DNA of 64,000 nucleotides from an uncultured Gammaproteobacteria bacterium (GCA_964613815.1 CAZTKG010000002.1:23737-87736); one strand, 5' to 3'; shown: positions 1 through 9,970, counted from the stretch's first letter. Made by a program: numbers and translations. Notes: generated by a model not told the origin, from the letters alone.

Positions 1-108
1 ACGAAAGACGGGAGTCAGGCGGCGCATTTTGAAGTGAGTATTGCAATAACAAAAGATGGGCCGGTGTTTTTGACGCCGGAGCCTCGTGTAGATATTGGGT
101 ATGAATAA
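1..108 (+). CDS. C-terminal fragment of a hypothetical protein (5' end outside window)
   Basis: Open frame from position 1 to TAA at 106-108, with G/T-rich codons typical of + strand genes here. No recognisable motif. Confidence 0.3.
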   Translation, partial: TKDGSQAAHFEVSIAITKDGPVFLTPEPRVDIGYE

Positions 109-583
109 TGCGAAAGGACTTGATCAGAATGATAAGATTTTGCTCGGGTTTGTGATTGGGTTTTTGCTATTTTGTGGATGGTATTTCTTTTTTGCGCAGG
201 AGGCGAGCAATGTGAATGGACCGGTTGATGTGGGGGGAGGGTCGATTGTGATTGAGGATCAGTATGACGTAGAGAAGGTGACACTTGATGCGGAGCTTGT
301 GGCGCCGGGGCATATTACGATTCATCGGACGATGAGTGAGGCGCCTGCGGAGATTGTGGGGGTGAGTCGGCTTTTGGATGTTGGCGTGCATGAAGGAGTG
401 ATTATTGGGATGAATGTTCCGCTTGATGTTGGGTATCGGTATGTGGCGATTTTGCATGTGGATGATGGGGATGAGGTTTTTGAGCCTTTGGAGGATATGC
501 CTGTGGAGGTGAATGGGGAGGTTGTGCGGCCGGATTTTGTTGTTTTAGACAATTCTGATAGCGCTGATGAGATTGCTCAATAG
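101..583 (+). CDS. hypothetical membrane-anchored protein
   Basis: ATG at 101 (the track uses TTG at 95). An N-terminal hydrophobic segment (LLGFVIGFLLFCGWYFFF) is followed by an acidic soluble domain. It ends at TAG 581-583, immediately before ruvX. Confidence 0.5.
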   Translation: MNNAKGLDQNDKILLGFVIGFLLFCGWYFFFAQEASNVNGPVDVGGGSIVIEDQYDVEKVTLDAELVAPGHITIHRTMSEAPAEIVGVSRLLDVGVHEGVIIGMNVPLDVGYRYVAILHVDDGDEVFEPLEDMPVEVNGEVVRPDFVVLDNSDSADEIAQ

Positions 584-584
584 T

Positions 585-953
585 ATGAGAGTTCTTGGCG
601 TTGACTATGGGACGAAGAAGACCGGTCTTGCTATTGGGGATGACGAGAGTCGGGTTGCGATGCCTTTTGGGGTTGTGTACGGGCTTGATGAGATTGCGGG
701 GGTTGTGGAGCGAGAGGGGGTTGATAAGGTTGTAGTGGGGATGCCGGTGAGTGATGTTGATACGGCTCAAGCTGATGTTGTGAGGGCGTTTATTGAGGAT
801 TTGAAGGTTGTGGTGAAGGTGGATATTGATACGGTGGATGAGCGGTACACGACGAAGGCGGCGCAGCAGCTTCAGGAGGAGCAGGGGTCTGGTGTGGCTG
901 AGGATGCGCTTGCTGCGATGATTTTACTTCAGGCGTATTTTGATACGGATTGA
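585..953 (+). CDS. ruvX: putative pre-16S rRNA nuclease / Holliday junction resolvase-like YqgF (RuvX)
   Basis: N-terminal MRVLGVDYGTKKTGLAIGD is the typical RuvX/YqgF signature. ~123 aa. A 567 start is also possible. Confidence 0.85.
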   Translation: MRVLGVDYGTKKTGLAIGDDESRVAMPFGVVYGLDEIAGVVEREGVDKVVVGMPVSDVDTAQADVVRAFIEDLKVVVKVDIDTVDERYTTKAAQQLQEEQGSGVAEDALAAMILLQAYFDTD

Positions 954-1726
954 TGGCATGGTCTACATTGAAAGTTCGAGGAGTGATTTTGGCCTCATTC
1001 GCTGTTCGTGAGGCTGATCGGATGTATTATGCATATACGCGTGAGCTGGGAAGGCTGACGTTTTTTGGTCGGAGTGCGCGGAAGGGGTCGGCGAAATTGG
1101 CGCCGCATTTGGAGGGGTTTAGTGAGATTGATCTTGAGGTGGTGCGAGGGAAGAGGAGTTTTACCGTGATTCAGGCGGATCGGGTGCGTCGATTTCGGGG
1201 GATCGAAGGGGATGCGGAGCGTCGGGTATTAGTGGGAAGTTCGTTTTTGATGATGCAGCGGCAGCTTCGGGATATGGATGTGGATGTGGTGATGTATGAG
1301 GGTCTTTTACAATGGATGGGGTTTTTGGATGTAGCGGAAAGGTTTGGGTCGACTCGGAAGATGTTTTTGCTGGGATCGTTTTTGCTTCGGCTTTTGGGGT
1401 GGCTTGGGTATGAGGTGGTGCTTGATGTTTGCGTGGGGTGTCGAGGAGGCGCTCCGCGTGAAGGGGTGCGATGGCATGGGCCGAAAGGGGGACTTGTTTG
1501 TAAGGGGTGTTTTGAGGAGGCGCCTCGGGAGTGGTTTGCGGCGCGGGTGATTGATGGGGATGTGGTGAAATTTTTGCGGTTTGCTCGGGGGGCACAGTGG
1601 GAGGATTTGATGCGTGTGGAGCTTCGGGGGGATGTTGTGCGGGCGTTTTGTGGGGTAGTGCATGATTTGTGTGTGTATCATTTTCCTGTGCGGGTGGATG
1701 TGCCTTTTTGGGAGGGGGTGGTTTGA
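950..1726 (+). CDS. recO: DNA repair protein RecO
   Basis: N-terminal OB-fold-like region plus a C-terminal Cys4 zinc finger (CVGCRGG...CKGC). The size and architecture fit RecO, and the start overlaps the ruvX stop. Confidence 0.8.
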   Translation: MMAWSTLKVRGVILASFAVREADRMYYAYTRELGRLTFFGRSARKGSAKLAPHLEGFSEIDLEVVRGKRSFTVIQADRVRRFRGIEGDAERRVLVGSSFLMMQRQLRDMDVDVVMYEGLLQWMGFLDVAERFGSTRKMFLLGSFLLRLLGWLGYEVVLDVCVGCRGGAPREGVRWHGPKGGLVCKGCFEEAPREWFAARVIDGDVVKFLRFARGAQWEDLMRVELRGDVVRAFCGVVHDLCVYHFPVRVDVPFWEGVV

Positions 1727-1769
1727 GTTTGTTCACGGTGATTGGTTTTTTAGTGTATACTTTTGATGT

Positions 1770-4700
1770 ATGAGTAAGCCTTATGATCGTCAGAAGAGTC
1801 GTTTATTTGCTCGATCGGAGATCGAGAGAGGTATTCTTGATAGGCGAGATGAGCGACATGATGAGTTTTTGGAGGCTAAAGGCATGACGGAGAAGGAGTT
1901 GCAAGATGAGCGGGTTCGACAGGATTGGTATTCTGGGATTGGTATCCATCTTCCTAATATTTCTCGGGATGAGCGATGGGGTCTTTCTGATGAAGTAGAT
2001 CATGTTTTTTCGTTAAGCGGCAATGGAGCGGAAGAGTTTATTCATCAAGCTTTGCGTGATCGTGACCATGAGTTAGCTTCTTGTATCGCTGTCCAGGTTT
2101 CGAATGTACGTATTCCAATGGGTTTGTATCGTCTTGGTTTGAGGTCGACCTTTTCGGATATAAAGGTTTTGGATGGGTACGTCCGGCAAGAGTATTCAAA
2201 GCAAGATTTGAAGGATGGCGCTGAGGGTTTTCAGGATTTGTCATTAAAAGCTCGCGGGGATGAGATGGCTACAATTTTTGCTAAATGGTTTTCTGAACGG
2301 ATGTATTCTGTTGATTTGCATGATAAGGCATTGGCCTACGAAAGGGGTTCACATGTCGTAGATTTGAAGTCCCATAACCGGAATTTTTTGCGTCGTGCAT
2401 TGCGGGATCAGGACGCTTCTTCTTGTGATTTTTTTTGTCAGACTGTTTTGTTTGAGATGCCCGTTCAAGTTCGAGAAGATTTTTTTAAATTTTCCATGGA
2501 TGCGGAGATTGCTTTACGGCTCTTTAGTTCCCCCGCGCTTACTCAGCGATTATTTGATGGGGGAGATGTTCGAAGTGTATTAAAACGTGCTTTTGTTGAG
2601 AGGGTTGAGGATTGGAGATTTGCTGATGAGGAGGGGGGGCAGTTAGGTGATGCGGAAAAAGCTTTTTTGTCTACTTTGGATGAAGATGACTTAATAAACT
2701 CGCCGAGCTTTATTAAAAGCATTTTAGATAGCGGGCTTTTTGCGGGGGAGGAGGAGTTCTTGACATTTTTTGATTTTGATTCATCGTTTTTCCGTCGTGT
2801 TGAAGGGGGTTTGTTTCATGATGATATCTCGGTAATTGATAGGATTCGGCTTGCGCGAATGTTGCCTAGTTTAAATTGGATGGGTATCTCCGCTGTTTTG
2901 GAGGAGGCAGGTATTGCGGTTGCAGATCGGATCCCTGAAGAACAACTTGAATATTTACAACGTGTCGTTTCTTTTGGGCAGAATGTTGATCGAGAGATTT
3001 TTTTGGCGAGAAGTGAGTTTAGCATTAGTCCGTTTCAAGCTGAAGTTTTGAAGAGCGATTTCCCCGCAGCTTTTTTGCGGGATGGTCGTGGGAGACTTGA
3101 TTATGATCTTATCGCGGATCACTTGAGATTTGATGTGAGTCATTATGGTAGGGTTGAGGATTTGTCGATGGAGGATGAAGAGGGGGAGGTTTACGAATCT
3201 GATAATCAAATTTGGTTTGCGCGCATGAGAGAATTGTTTGGTGCTGAGATTGCGATTAAGTATGGTAATCGTCTTGGGCTTTCTGTGCATGATGCTTATT
3301 TTGCCGTTGATTCCATCATTGCTTTACAGGCACTCAGTGGTGAAACTCCAGATCGATTTGGGCAGAATATTTTGTTGCAAGTTGCAAAAGATGGGCAGGT
3401 TTATCGGTCGGGATTTGCACAGCATGAATTAAATGCTATCTCGCAGTTACTTGAGGGGAGGGACTTGAATCAGCTATTGGAGCAGGCCAAGGCTTTTTCT
3501 GCAATTGATGTTTTACAAACATGGGTTCGTGGCGTTGAGCGTGATCCATCGCGTCCGTTTTCTAGTTGGAAGGGGCTCCGGAACTATGCATCCATGGTTC
3601 GTTTGCTTGATCGGTCGGATTTTTTAACCGAGCTGCAGCATGAGACCGATCCTCGAAAACGTGTTTATTTTGAACGATTGATTTTGCATGAAAACGTTGA
3701 TACTGGAAAGGTTTTGATGTTTCGAGAAGATCCGGCTGCATTTTTGGATATTGATGATGGTCATACGGATGCCGAGGTGAATAAGGTTAAAAAGCCGTCA
3801 AATTATCTTTCGTTGCCGTTTTTGGGTCTTGATGGCAAGGATATGCGAGATGCGCTCATTGGGGGTTCTCTTGATAAGATTCAGACGTTACCTCCGATGG
3901 AGAGGGAGTATAGGCTTTATGATTCGCCTGAGAATGATCCGAGCATTCCTCGTGTTTTGCATCGGTTTATACAGGAAGCTGTTGGTAAGCGACGATTTGG
4001 TATACCGGGAAAGGCTAAGCATCCCGGGAAGGTATTTTCTCGTATTCAGCGATGGTGTAAGAGGGAGGGGGTTCGATGGAGGAATGTTTGGCAGGATCCT
4101 GTTGGATTGATGCAGCTTTCTCATGAGCAGCGCGAGGCGCTAGAGGAGATTGTTTTTGATGATGACATTGGCTTGTTGCGGCCAAATGGGGAGGTCTACC
4201 GGATGAAGCTTGGAGCGAAGAGTGATCCTGAAATGGTCATCGCAGGTAACGATACGGCAAGTTGCATGCCTTTTGGGTCAGGTAAGAATAATGTATACAT
4301 GTTTAATCCCAATTGTGCTCAAATCGTGCTTGAGCGAAAGAATGCGGAAGGGGAGTGGCGTACTGTGGCTCAATCTGTTGTCAATATTGATATGGAGACC
4401 GAGATGGATGTTCCTGCGATATTGGGTGCGTATAAACGTCAGGGGCATATTAATGATGTTGTTGCGGCGACGGATTTTGGGAATAGAGAGGTGATTGCAT
4501 GCGACAATATTGAGGTGGCGAAAAATGCGCAAGGGAAGGCTTCGACATTCATTTCTGAAGCCTATCGGCGTTTTATGACGGATTATTTGGATGTGCATGC
4601 GGAGGGTCTTGAGGTTGATGCGACTCGGGTTGTTGTTGGGAAGGGGTATACGCCTGCTGCACTTGGTTTTGATCAGATTGATAATCATTTTATTCCGCAG

Positions 4701-5348
4701 GCCCCAATGGGATATTCGGATAACTCTGGTGAAAAGTGTTTTGTTTTGGAGACTGGATTGGCGGAATGTGAGGCTCCTGTGCGGAAAGGGGTTTCTCGTA
4801 TGACGACGCGTGATGCTATCGCTGTTACCTCTATTGAGGGGAAGGCTTATGCTGACAATGCATCTCTTTTGGAGAATTTGCATGGCATGCAGAATAATAT
4901 TATTGGGATGGAAATTGCGAATGCGTATTTTGAGCGGCCGAATTTGTCGTTCATGTATCGGAATACGCGCGGGATTCCTCAGGGGTATATTCTTGCGTAT
5001 GAGGGGCGTACGAAAGATGGGGTTCGGCAGGTGTATATTTCTGATTTGGCTGCACGGCCGGGTAGCCGTTTAGCTGGAGGGAAGTTGATTCGGGAGTTTT
5101 TTGAGAGTTATTTAGGCGCTTATCAAGAGGGTGATGAAGATATGCTTCCGATTTTTACGAATGCTCGTGGAAAGACGAGTTATCAGATTTTGACTAGGCA
5201 GTTTGAGCGAATGGCAACGAAGGTTGGGCTTGTTGCGGAGATGGATGTTGTTGGCCAGCGGAATGAGGGAGGTGATGAATTTTTTGATGTGCGGGTTTAT
5301 CTTGGGAGGGATGCAGAGGAGGTTGAGAGGCAGAGGGCTAAGTTTTAG
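1770..5348 (+). CDS. large (1192 aa) hypothetical cytoplasmic protein, no recognised domain; possible GNAT-like fold at the C-terminus
   Basis: Uninterrupted 3.6 kb ORF with no TM segments. The C-terminal ~150 aa (VYISDLAARPGSRLAGGKLIREF) weakly resembles an acyl-CoA N-acyltransferase motif A. Confidence 0.8.
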   Translation: MSKPYDRQKSRLFARSEIERGILDRRDERHDEFLEAKGMTEKELQDERVRQDWYSGIGIHLPNISRDERWGLSDEVDHVFSLSGNGAEEFIHQALRDRDHELASCIAVQVSNVRIPMGLYRLGLRSTFSDIKVLDGYVRQEYSKQDLKDGAEGFQDLSLKARGDEMATIFAKWFSERMYSVDLHDKALAYERGSHVVDLKSHNRNFLRRALRDQDASSCDFFCQTVLFEMPVQVREDFFKFSMDAEIALRLFSSPALTQRLFDGGDVRSVLKRAFVERVEDWRFADEEGGQLGDAEKAFLSTLDEDDLINSPSFIKSILDSGLFAGEEEFLTFFDFDSSFFRRVEGGLFHDDISVIDRIRLARMLPSLNWMGISAVLEEAGIAVADRIPEEQLEYLQRVVSFGQNVDREIFLARSEFSISPFQAEVLKSDFPAAFLRDGRGRLDYDLIADHLRFDVSHYGRVEDLSMEDEEGEVYESDNQIWFARMRELFGAEIAIKYGNRLGLSVHDAYFAVDSIIALQALSGETPDRFGQNILLQVAKDGQVYRSGFAQHELNAISQLLEGRDLNQLLEQAKAFSAIDVLQTWVRGVERDPSRPFSSWKGLRNYASMVRLLDRSDFLTELQHETDPRKRVYFERLILHENVDTGKVLMFREDPAAFLDIDDGHTDAEVNKVKKPSNYLSLPFLGLDGKDMRDALIGGSLDKIQTLPPMEREYRLYDSPENDPSIPRVLHRFIQEAVGKRRFGIPGKAKHPGKVFSRIQRWCKREGVRWRNVWQDPVGLMQLSHEQREALEEIVFDDDIGLLRPNGEVYRMKLGAKSDPEMVIAGNDTASCMPFGSGKNNVYMFNPNCAQIVLERKNAEGEWRTVAQSVVNIDMETEMDVPAILGAYKRQGHINDVVAATDFGNREVIACDNIEVAKNAQGKASTFISEAYRRFMTDYLDVHAEGLEVDATRVVVGKGYTPAALGFDQIDNHFIPQAPMGYSDNSGEKCFVLETGLAECEAPVRKGVSRMTTRDAIAVTSIEGKAYADNASLLENLHGMQNNIIGMEIANAYFERPNLSFMYRNTRGIPQGYILAYEGRTKDGVRQVYISDLAARPGSRLAGGKLIREFFESYLGAYQEGDEDMLPIFTNARGKTSYQILTRQFERMATKVGLVAEMDVVGQRNEGGDEFFDVRVYLGRDAEEVERQRAKF

Positions 5349-5359
5349 GTTGGGGTTTT

Positions 5360-5770
5360 ATGAAGCCAAAAATTGGATTAATTACCCTTGGAGTTCGTGA
5401 TGTGAAGAAGGCTCGCGCGTTTTATCTTGGACTTGGGTTTAAGCTTCGTTCGCAGGATGAGGATTCGGAGGATGATATGGTGATGTTTCCTGGCGAGGGT
5501 GGGACTTGGCTTGGGTTGTTTCCTTGGGATGATTTAGCGAAGGATGCGACGGTGAATGCGGCTGGAGAGGGGTTTCGTGGGGTGACGCTTGGGCATTTGG
5601 AGCCGACGAAAGAAGATGTGGATCGGGTGATGGAAGAGGCGCGAGTGCTTGGGGCAGAGATTGTGAAGGAGGCTCAGGAGGTGTTTTGGGGCGGGTATTC
5701 TGGATATTTTAAGGATTTGGATGGGCATCTTTGGGAGGTAGCGATGAATCCGTTTACGGATTTGACGTAG
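5360..5770 (+). CDS. glyoxalase/bleomycin-resistance/VOC family protein
   Basis: 136 aa with the KIGLITLGVRDVKKARAFYLGLGF N-terminal beta-alpha-beta-beta-beta pattern typical of the VOC superfamily. Confidence 0.75.
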   Translation: MKPKIGLITLGVRDVKKARAFYLGLGFKLRSQDEDSEDDMVMFPGEGGTWLGLFPWDDLAKDATVNAAGEGFRGVTLGHLEPTKEDVDRVMEEARVLGAEIVKEAQEVFWGGYSGYFKDLDGHLWEVAMNPFTDLT

Positions 5771-5821
5771 TGGTGATGATGGTCTTGAGTTTCTTTCTTG
5801 ATAGGGCTAATATACGGGCAT

Positions 5822-7216
5822 ATGAAACGACTATTGCATACGAAGACTCTCGAGAAGATCGATGAGCAGGTTCTTATTTCGGGCTGGGTTCATGCTCGGC
5901 GGGATATGGGGAAGGTTTTGTTTTTTGATATGCGGGATCGATCTGGTTTGATGCAGGTTGTTGTGGTTCCGAGTGAGGTTGGTAATGACGCGATGGAGGC
6001 CATTCAGGAGATTCGTGGGGAGTGGGTGCTTGAGATTGAGGGGGTTGTGCAGAAGCGGTCTGAGAAGGCGGTGAATGAGAAGATTGCTACGGGTACGGTG
6101 GAGATTTTGGCGAAGTCGGTGAAGGTGTTGAATAAGGCGAAGACGCCTCCGTTTGAATTGGATCGGGATACATCAAATGTCAATGAAGAAGTTCGGTTGA
6201 AGTACCGGTATTTGGATCTGCGGAGTGAGCGGCTTGCGAAGAATATTCGGCTTCGGAGTAAGTTTGTTCAGGCTGCGAGAGATTATTTTTTCAAGCATGA
6301 TTTTTGTGAGATTGAGACGCCTTACTTTAGTCAGGCGACACCTGAAGGGTCTCGGGACTTTATTGTTCCGAGTCGACTTCAGCCAGGGAAGTTTTTTGCG
6401 CTTCCGCAGAGTCCGCAGCAGTATAAGCAGCTTTTGATGACGGCGGGGTTTGAGCGGTATTTTCAGACGGCGCGGTGTTTTCGGGATGAGGATCCTCGGG
6501 CTGATCGTGCGTTTGAGCATACGCAGATTGATGTGGAGATGAGTTTTGTTGATCGGGAGCGTGTGATGGAGATGCTTGAGGGGATGATGATTCATTCCGC
6601 TGAGGCGCTTGGGTTTACGATTAAGGAAAAGCCGTTTCCTCGGATTACGTATAAGGAAGCAATGGAGAAATATGGGGATGATAAGTTTGATTTGCGGACG
6701 GAGGAGGAGAAGGCTGCGGGTGTGCTTGCGTATGCGTGGGTGATTGATTTTCCGTTTTTTGAGAAGACGGATGATGGTGGGTGGACGTTTACGCATAATC
6801 CGTTTAGTAATCCTTTGCCGGAGTTTAAGGAGGATCATTTGGCGGGGAAAAATATTGAGAATATTTTGACGAGTCAGTATGATTTGGTTTGTAATGGATA
6901 TGAAGTTGGCGGTGGATCGATTCGGGCGCATGAACCGGAGGTTTTGCGAGCGACGTATAAGACGATGGGATATAGTGATGATGAAATTGAGGCATCTGTT
7001 GGACATTTGCTTGAGGCGTTTAGTTATGGTGCGCCGCCGCATGGAGGGATTGCGTTTGGTGTGGAGCGGAATTTGATGACGATGATGGGCGAGGAAGCGA
7101 TTCGGGAGGTTCAGGCGTTTCCGATGACGGGGAGTGGGACGGTTAGTGTGATGACAGCGCCTGGGGAGTTGCCGGCGAAGGTTTTGAAGGAGGCGAATAT
7201 CAACGTGGACATTTAA
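5822..7216 (+). CDS. aspS: aspartyl-tRNA synthetase (class IIb), bacterial type lacking the GAD insertion domain
   Basis: Anticodon-binding OB fold; motif 2 (FRDEDPRADRAFEHTQIDVEMSF); QSPQQYKQLLMTAGFERYFQTARCFRDED; motif 3 (GGIAFGVERNLM). Only ~465 aa, so there is no GAD domain. An alternative start at 5798 is possible. Confidence 0.9.
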   Translation: MKRLLHTKTLEKIDEQVLISGWVHARRDMGKVLFFDMRDRSGLMQVVVVPSEVGNDAMEAIQEIRGEWVLEIEGVVQKRSEKAVNEKIATGTVEILAKSVKVLNKAKTPPFELDRDTSNVNEEVRLKYRYLDLRSERLAKNIRLRSKFVQAARDYFFKHDFCEIETPYFSQATPEGSRDFIVPSRLQPGKFFALPQSPQQYKQLLMTAGFERYFQTARCFRDEDPRADRAFEHTQIDVEMSFVDRERVMEMLEGMMIHSAEALGFTIKEKPFPRITYKEAMEKYGDDKFDLRTEEEKAAGVLAYAWVIDFPFFEKTDDGGWTFTHNPFSNPLPEFKEDHLAGKNIENILTSQYDLVCNGYEVGGGSIRAHEPEVLRATYKTMGYSDDEIEASVGHLLEAFSYGAPPHGGIAFGVERNLMTMMGEEAIREVQAFPMTGSGTVSVMTAPGELPAKVLKEANINVDI

Positions 7217-7229
7217 TGTCCACTTTTGG
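7205..7229 (+). terminator. hairpin after aspS (gtggacat-tta-atgtccac + TTTTGG); the stop codon lies in the loop
   Basis: Perfect 8-bp stem followed by a T run. Confidence 0.5.
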
Positions 7230-7248
7230 TTCGTGATAGAATAATGGC

Positions 7249-7947
7249 ATGGATTTTGTTGTAAAGCAGGATGCTTTTTCTGGTCCGCTTGGACTTTTGT
7301 TGGATTTGTTAAATCAGCGAGAGCTTGAGATTAAGGATGTGGCACTTGCGGAGATTGCAGAGGATTATTTGGGATATCTTGATGCGCACGAGCCGCCGCC
7401 GGATGAGATGGCGGATTTTTTGGTTGTGGCGAGTCGGCTTATTTATTTGAAGAGTCGGGAGTTGATGCCTTATTTGCGGACTGAGGAGGAAGAAGAGGAG
7501 GTGCAGAAGCTTGAGGATCAGTTGCGGTTGTATCGGATGTTTGTGGAGGCGGCAGATAAGCTGGAGGCTCGGTTTGTGAGTGATGCGAGAATTGTTCCTC
7601 GGCCGTTTGTGAAGATTGAGGCAGCGCCTGAGGGGTTTGTGATGTCGGAAAATGTGACGGTTGATTCTTTGCATGGGGCGATGAAGGGGCTTTTGAAGAA
7701 ATTGGAGCCGTTTTTTGCGCTTCGGCAGGTGCATATTGATCGGGTGAAGTCGGTGCAAGAGAGAATCGGGGAATTGAAGGGGGCGATTGCGACGCGGGCG
7801 AAGATGCGGTTCAAGGAGGTGATGCATGGGGCGAAGAATAAGGCGGAGGTTGTGGTGAGTTTTTTGGCGCTTTTGGAGCTTGTGAAGCAGCGGGTTGTGA
7901 CGGCGACGCAGAGTGAGGATCGTGATATTCTTATAGAGCGTGTATGA
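7249..7947 (+). CDS. scpA: segregation and condensation protein A
   Basis: ScpA-like N-terminus (LLLDLLNQRELEIKDVALAEIAEDYL). ~232 aa, directly followed by scpB. Confidence 0.85.
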   Translation: MDFVVKQDAFSGPLGLLLDLLNQRELEIKDVALAEIAEDYLGYLDAHEPPPDEMADFLVVASRLIYLKSRELMPYLRTEEEEEEVQKLEDQLRLYRMFVEAADKLEARFVSDARIVPRPFVKIEAAPEGFVMSENVTVDSLHGAMKGLLKKLEPFFALRQVHIDRVKSVQERIGELKGAIATRAKMRFKEVMHGAKNKAEVVVSFLALLELVKQRVVTATQSEDRDILIERV

Positions 7948-8492
7948 GTGAATTAGCAGCGAAGATTGAGGCGATTTTGTTTTTGTCGACTCGGCCGGTT
8001 TCTTGGAAGAAGCTGGCTGGGCTTTTGGAGGTGAAGGTTGAGGAGGTTGATGGAGCGGTTGAGGAGTTGATGGAGGTTCGCAATGTTGAGGGAAGTGGGA
8101 TTCATGTGGTGAAAGGGGACGGGGCAGTTGAGCTTGGGTCGAATCCGGCGTTTGGGGAGGTGACGAAGAAGTTGGCGAAAAAGGAGTTTGAAGGGGATTT
8201 GACGCGACCTCAGCTTGAGACATTAACGATTATTGCTTATCGCGGGCCGATTACGCAGCCGGAGATTGAGCATATTCGTGGGGTGAATTGTACGATTATT
8301 TTGCGGAATTTATCGATGCGAGGGTTTGTGGTTCAGCGGGAGGATAAGGAGAAGATTTTGCCTGTGTATGTTTTGAGTTCTGAGCTTTTGCGCGGGCTTG
8401 GGGTGCATGAGGTTTCGGATTTGGATGACTATGCGGAGTATCATGATAATGCGCGGATTACGGAGATGCTTTTAAATTTGCAGGAGGAGTAA
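7944..8492 (+). CDS. scpB: segregation and condensation protein B
   Basis: IEAILFLSTRPVS N-terminus and a winged-helix pair typical of ScpB. Overlaps the scpA stop. Confidence 0.85.
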   Translation: MSELAAKIEAILFLSTRPVSWKKLAGLLEVKVEEVDGAVEELMEVRNVEGSGIHVVKGDGAVELGSNPAFGEVTKKLAKKEFEGDLTRPQLETLTIIAYRGPITQPEIEHIRGVNCTIILRNLSMRGFVVQREDKEKILPVYVLSSELLRGLGVHEVSDLDDYAEYHDNARITEMLLNLQEE

Positions 8493-8493
8493 T

Positions 8494-9465
8494 ATGTTTT
8501 TGAAAGTTATTGGACAAATTGTGATGACGGGGGTGTTTGCCTCGGCGTTTCCGATGAATGCTGCGGTGTATGAGCATCAACTTGATGAGACGCTTTTGGA
8601 TCCTGGCGTGGTTTCTGCGGCTGAGCTTGCGAGTTTTGATGTGCAACTTCCTCTTGCTGATGAGCGCGAGATTCCTCGGCCGATGAAGGTGGATTTGGAT
8701 TCGCATGGGATTGTGACGACGGCGAAGAGTGCGCTTGTGCAGGATGTGCGGAGTGGGGCGGTGTTGTTTTCGAAGAATGCGTATGATGTGCGGTCGATTG
8801 GATCTGTAACGAAGTTGATGACGGCGATCGTGCTCTTACGTCAGGAAGTGGATTTGGATGCGTATGTGACGGTTGTTGGGGATGATTTTGTGTATGGGGG
8901 GCGGACGTATGTCGCGTTTGATGATGCGCTCCGGCTTGAGGATGTGTTTGCGGCTTCTGTGGTTGGGTCGGATAATACGGCGACGAGAGCTTTGGCGCGG
9001 CTTAGTGGACTTGAATATGAGGCGTTTATTGCGGAGATGAATGTGGTTGCTCGTGAGCTTGGAATGGATTCTTCCGTTTTTGTCGATCCGACAGGGATTG
9101 ATGCGGGGAATGTTTCTACGGTGTTTGATTTGACGCTTCTTTTGGAGGAAGCGGATGAATATGAGGCTTTGCGTGAATATATGAGGGCGCGAAATGTGAC
9201 GATCGTGCACTCATCTGGAATTTCTAGTTATATTGAGAGTACGAATCAGGTTTTGGAGTCGTTTTTGCATGAGGGGGAGTATGAAATTGTTGCTGGGAAA
9301 ACGGGGTACTTGCCTCAGGCTGGATATGTTTTGGCGACGACGGTTGATCGAGATGGGGATGATGTTCATGTGATCGTGCTTGGTGCGGATTCGAAGGATG
9401 ATCGGATGCATGAGGTGATTGGGCTTGCAGCTTGGGCTTATAAGGTATTTGAATGGCCAAATTAA
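8494..9465 (+). CDS. D-alanyl-D-alanine carboxypeptidase (peptidase S11, PBP5/6-like)
   Basis: SxxK active-site motif (SVTKLMT) and an SGN-like motif (SDNTAT), with an N-terminal signal-like segment. Confidence 0.8.
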   Translation: MFLKVIGQIVMTGVFASAFPMNAAVYEHQLDETLLDPGVVSAAELASFDVQLPLADEREIPRPMKVDLDSHGIVTTAKSALVQDVRSGAVLFSKNAYDVRSIGSVTKLMTAIVLLRQEVDLDAYVTVVGDDFVYGGRTYVAFDDALRLEDVFAASVVGSDNTATRALARLSGLEYEAFIAEMNVVARELGMDSSVFVDPTGIDAGNVSTVFDLTLLLEEADEYEALREYMRARNVTIVHSSGISSYIESTNQVLESFLHEGEYEIVAGKTGYLPQAGYVLATTVDRDGDDVHVIVLGADSKDDRMHEVIGLAAWAYKVFEWPN

Positions 9466-9466
9466 T

Positions 9467-9958
9467 ATGGTGGAGATGATTACGGGTTTTTTGATGGAGT
9501 TTCCGGCTTGGCTTGGGACGATTGTGATGGCGGCGCTTCCGTTGACGGAGCTTCGGCTGGCGATTCCTTGGGCGATTACGGTTTGGGAGGTGCAGCCACT
9601 TGATGCGTTAGGTTTGGCGATTTTGGGAAATCTACTTCCGTTTTTTCCGTTGTATTTTGGGTTGCGAGCGTTTCGAAATTTTGCGGAGAAATGGATGCCT
9701 TGGATGACGAAAGTTATTGATAAGAGTATTGATCGAGCTGAAGGACGTGTGAAAGAAAAGTATGAGAAGTATGGGGCTCTGGCGCTTTTCTTGTTTACGG
9801 CGATTCCGCTTCCAATGACGGGTTTGTATACGGCAACGTTGGCTGCTGTGGCTTTGAAGATTGATTGGCGATATGCGGCGCCTTCGGTGTTTTTTGGGGT
9901 TTTGACGGCAGGTACTATTGTGATGATTTTGACGATGATGGGGGTGGCGGCTTTGTAA
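9467..9958 (+). CDS. small multi-drug-export-like / COG2426-family integral membrane protein
   Basis: Four predicted TM helices. The TELRLAIPWAI and AIPLPMTGLYTATLAA motifs are typical of this family. ATG at 9467, right after the dacA stop. Confidence 0.6.
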   Translation: MVEMITGFLMEFPAWLGTIVMAALPLTELRLAIPWAITVWEVQPLDALGLAILGNLLPFFPLYFGLRAFRNFAEKWMPWMTKVIDKSIDRAEGRVKEKYEKYGALALFLFTAIPLPMTGLYTATLAAVALKIDWRYAAPSVFFGVLTAGTIVMILTMMGVAAL

Positions 9959-9970
9959 GTGATTGAATCA

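Noticed and set aside
6173-7042. Long antisense ORFs in the six-frame track (e.g. 6173-7042, 7309-8223, 1161-1736, 36216-37037, 39390-40199, 52175-52813) with Pro/His/Thr/Arg/Lys/Asn-rich translations
   Set aside because: They lie opposite well-supported genes (aspS, scpA, recO, the giant protein, MEMO-CapA). They are a by-product of the strong G+T strand bias: C/A-rich antisense frames rarely hit stop codons. They are low-complexity and have no start context.
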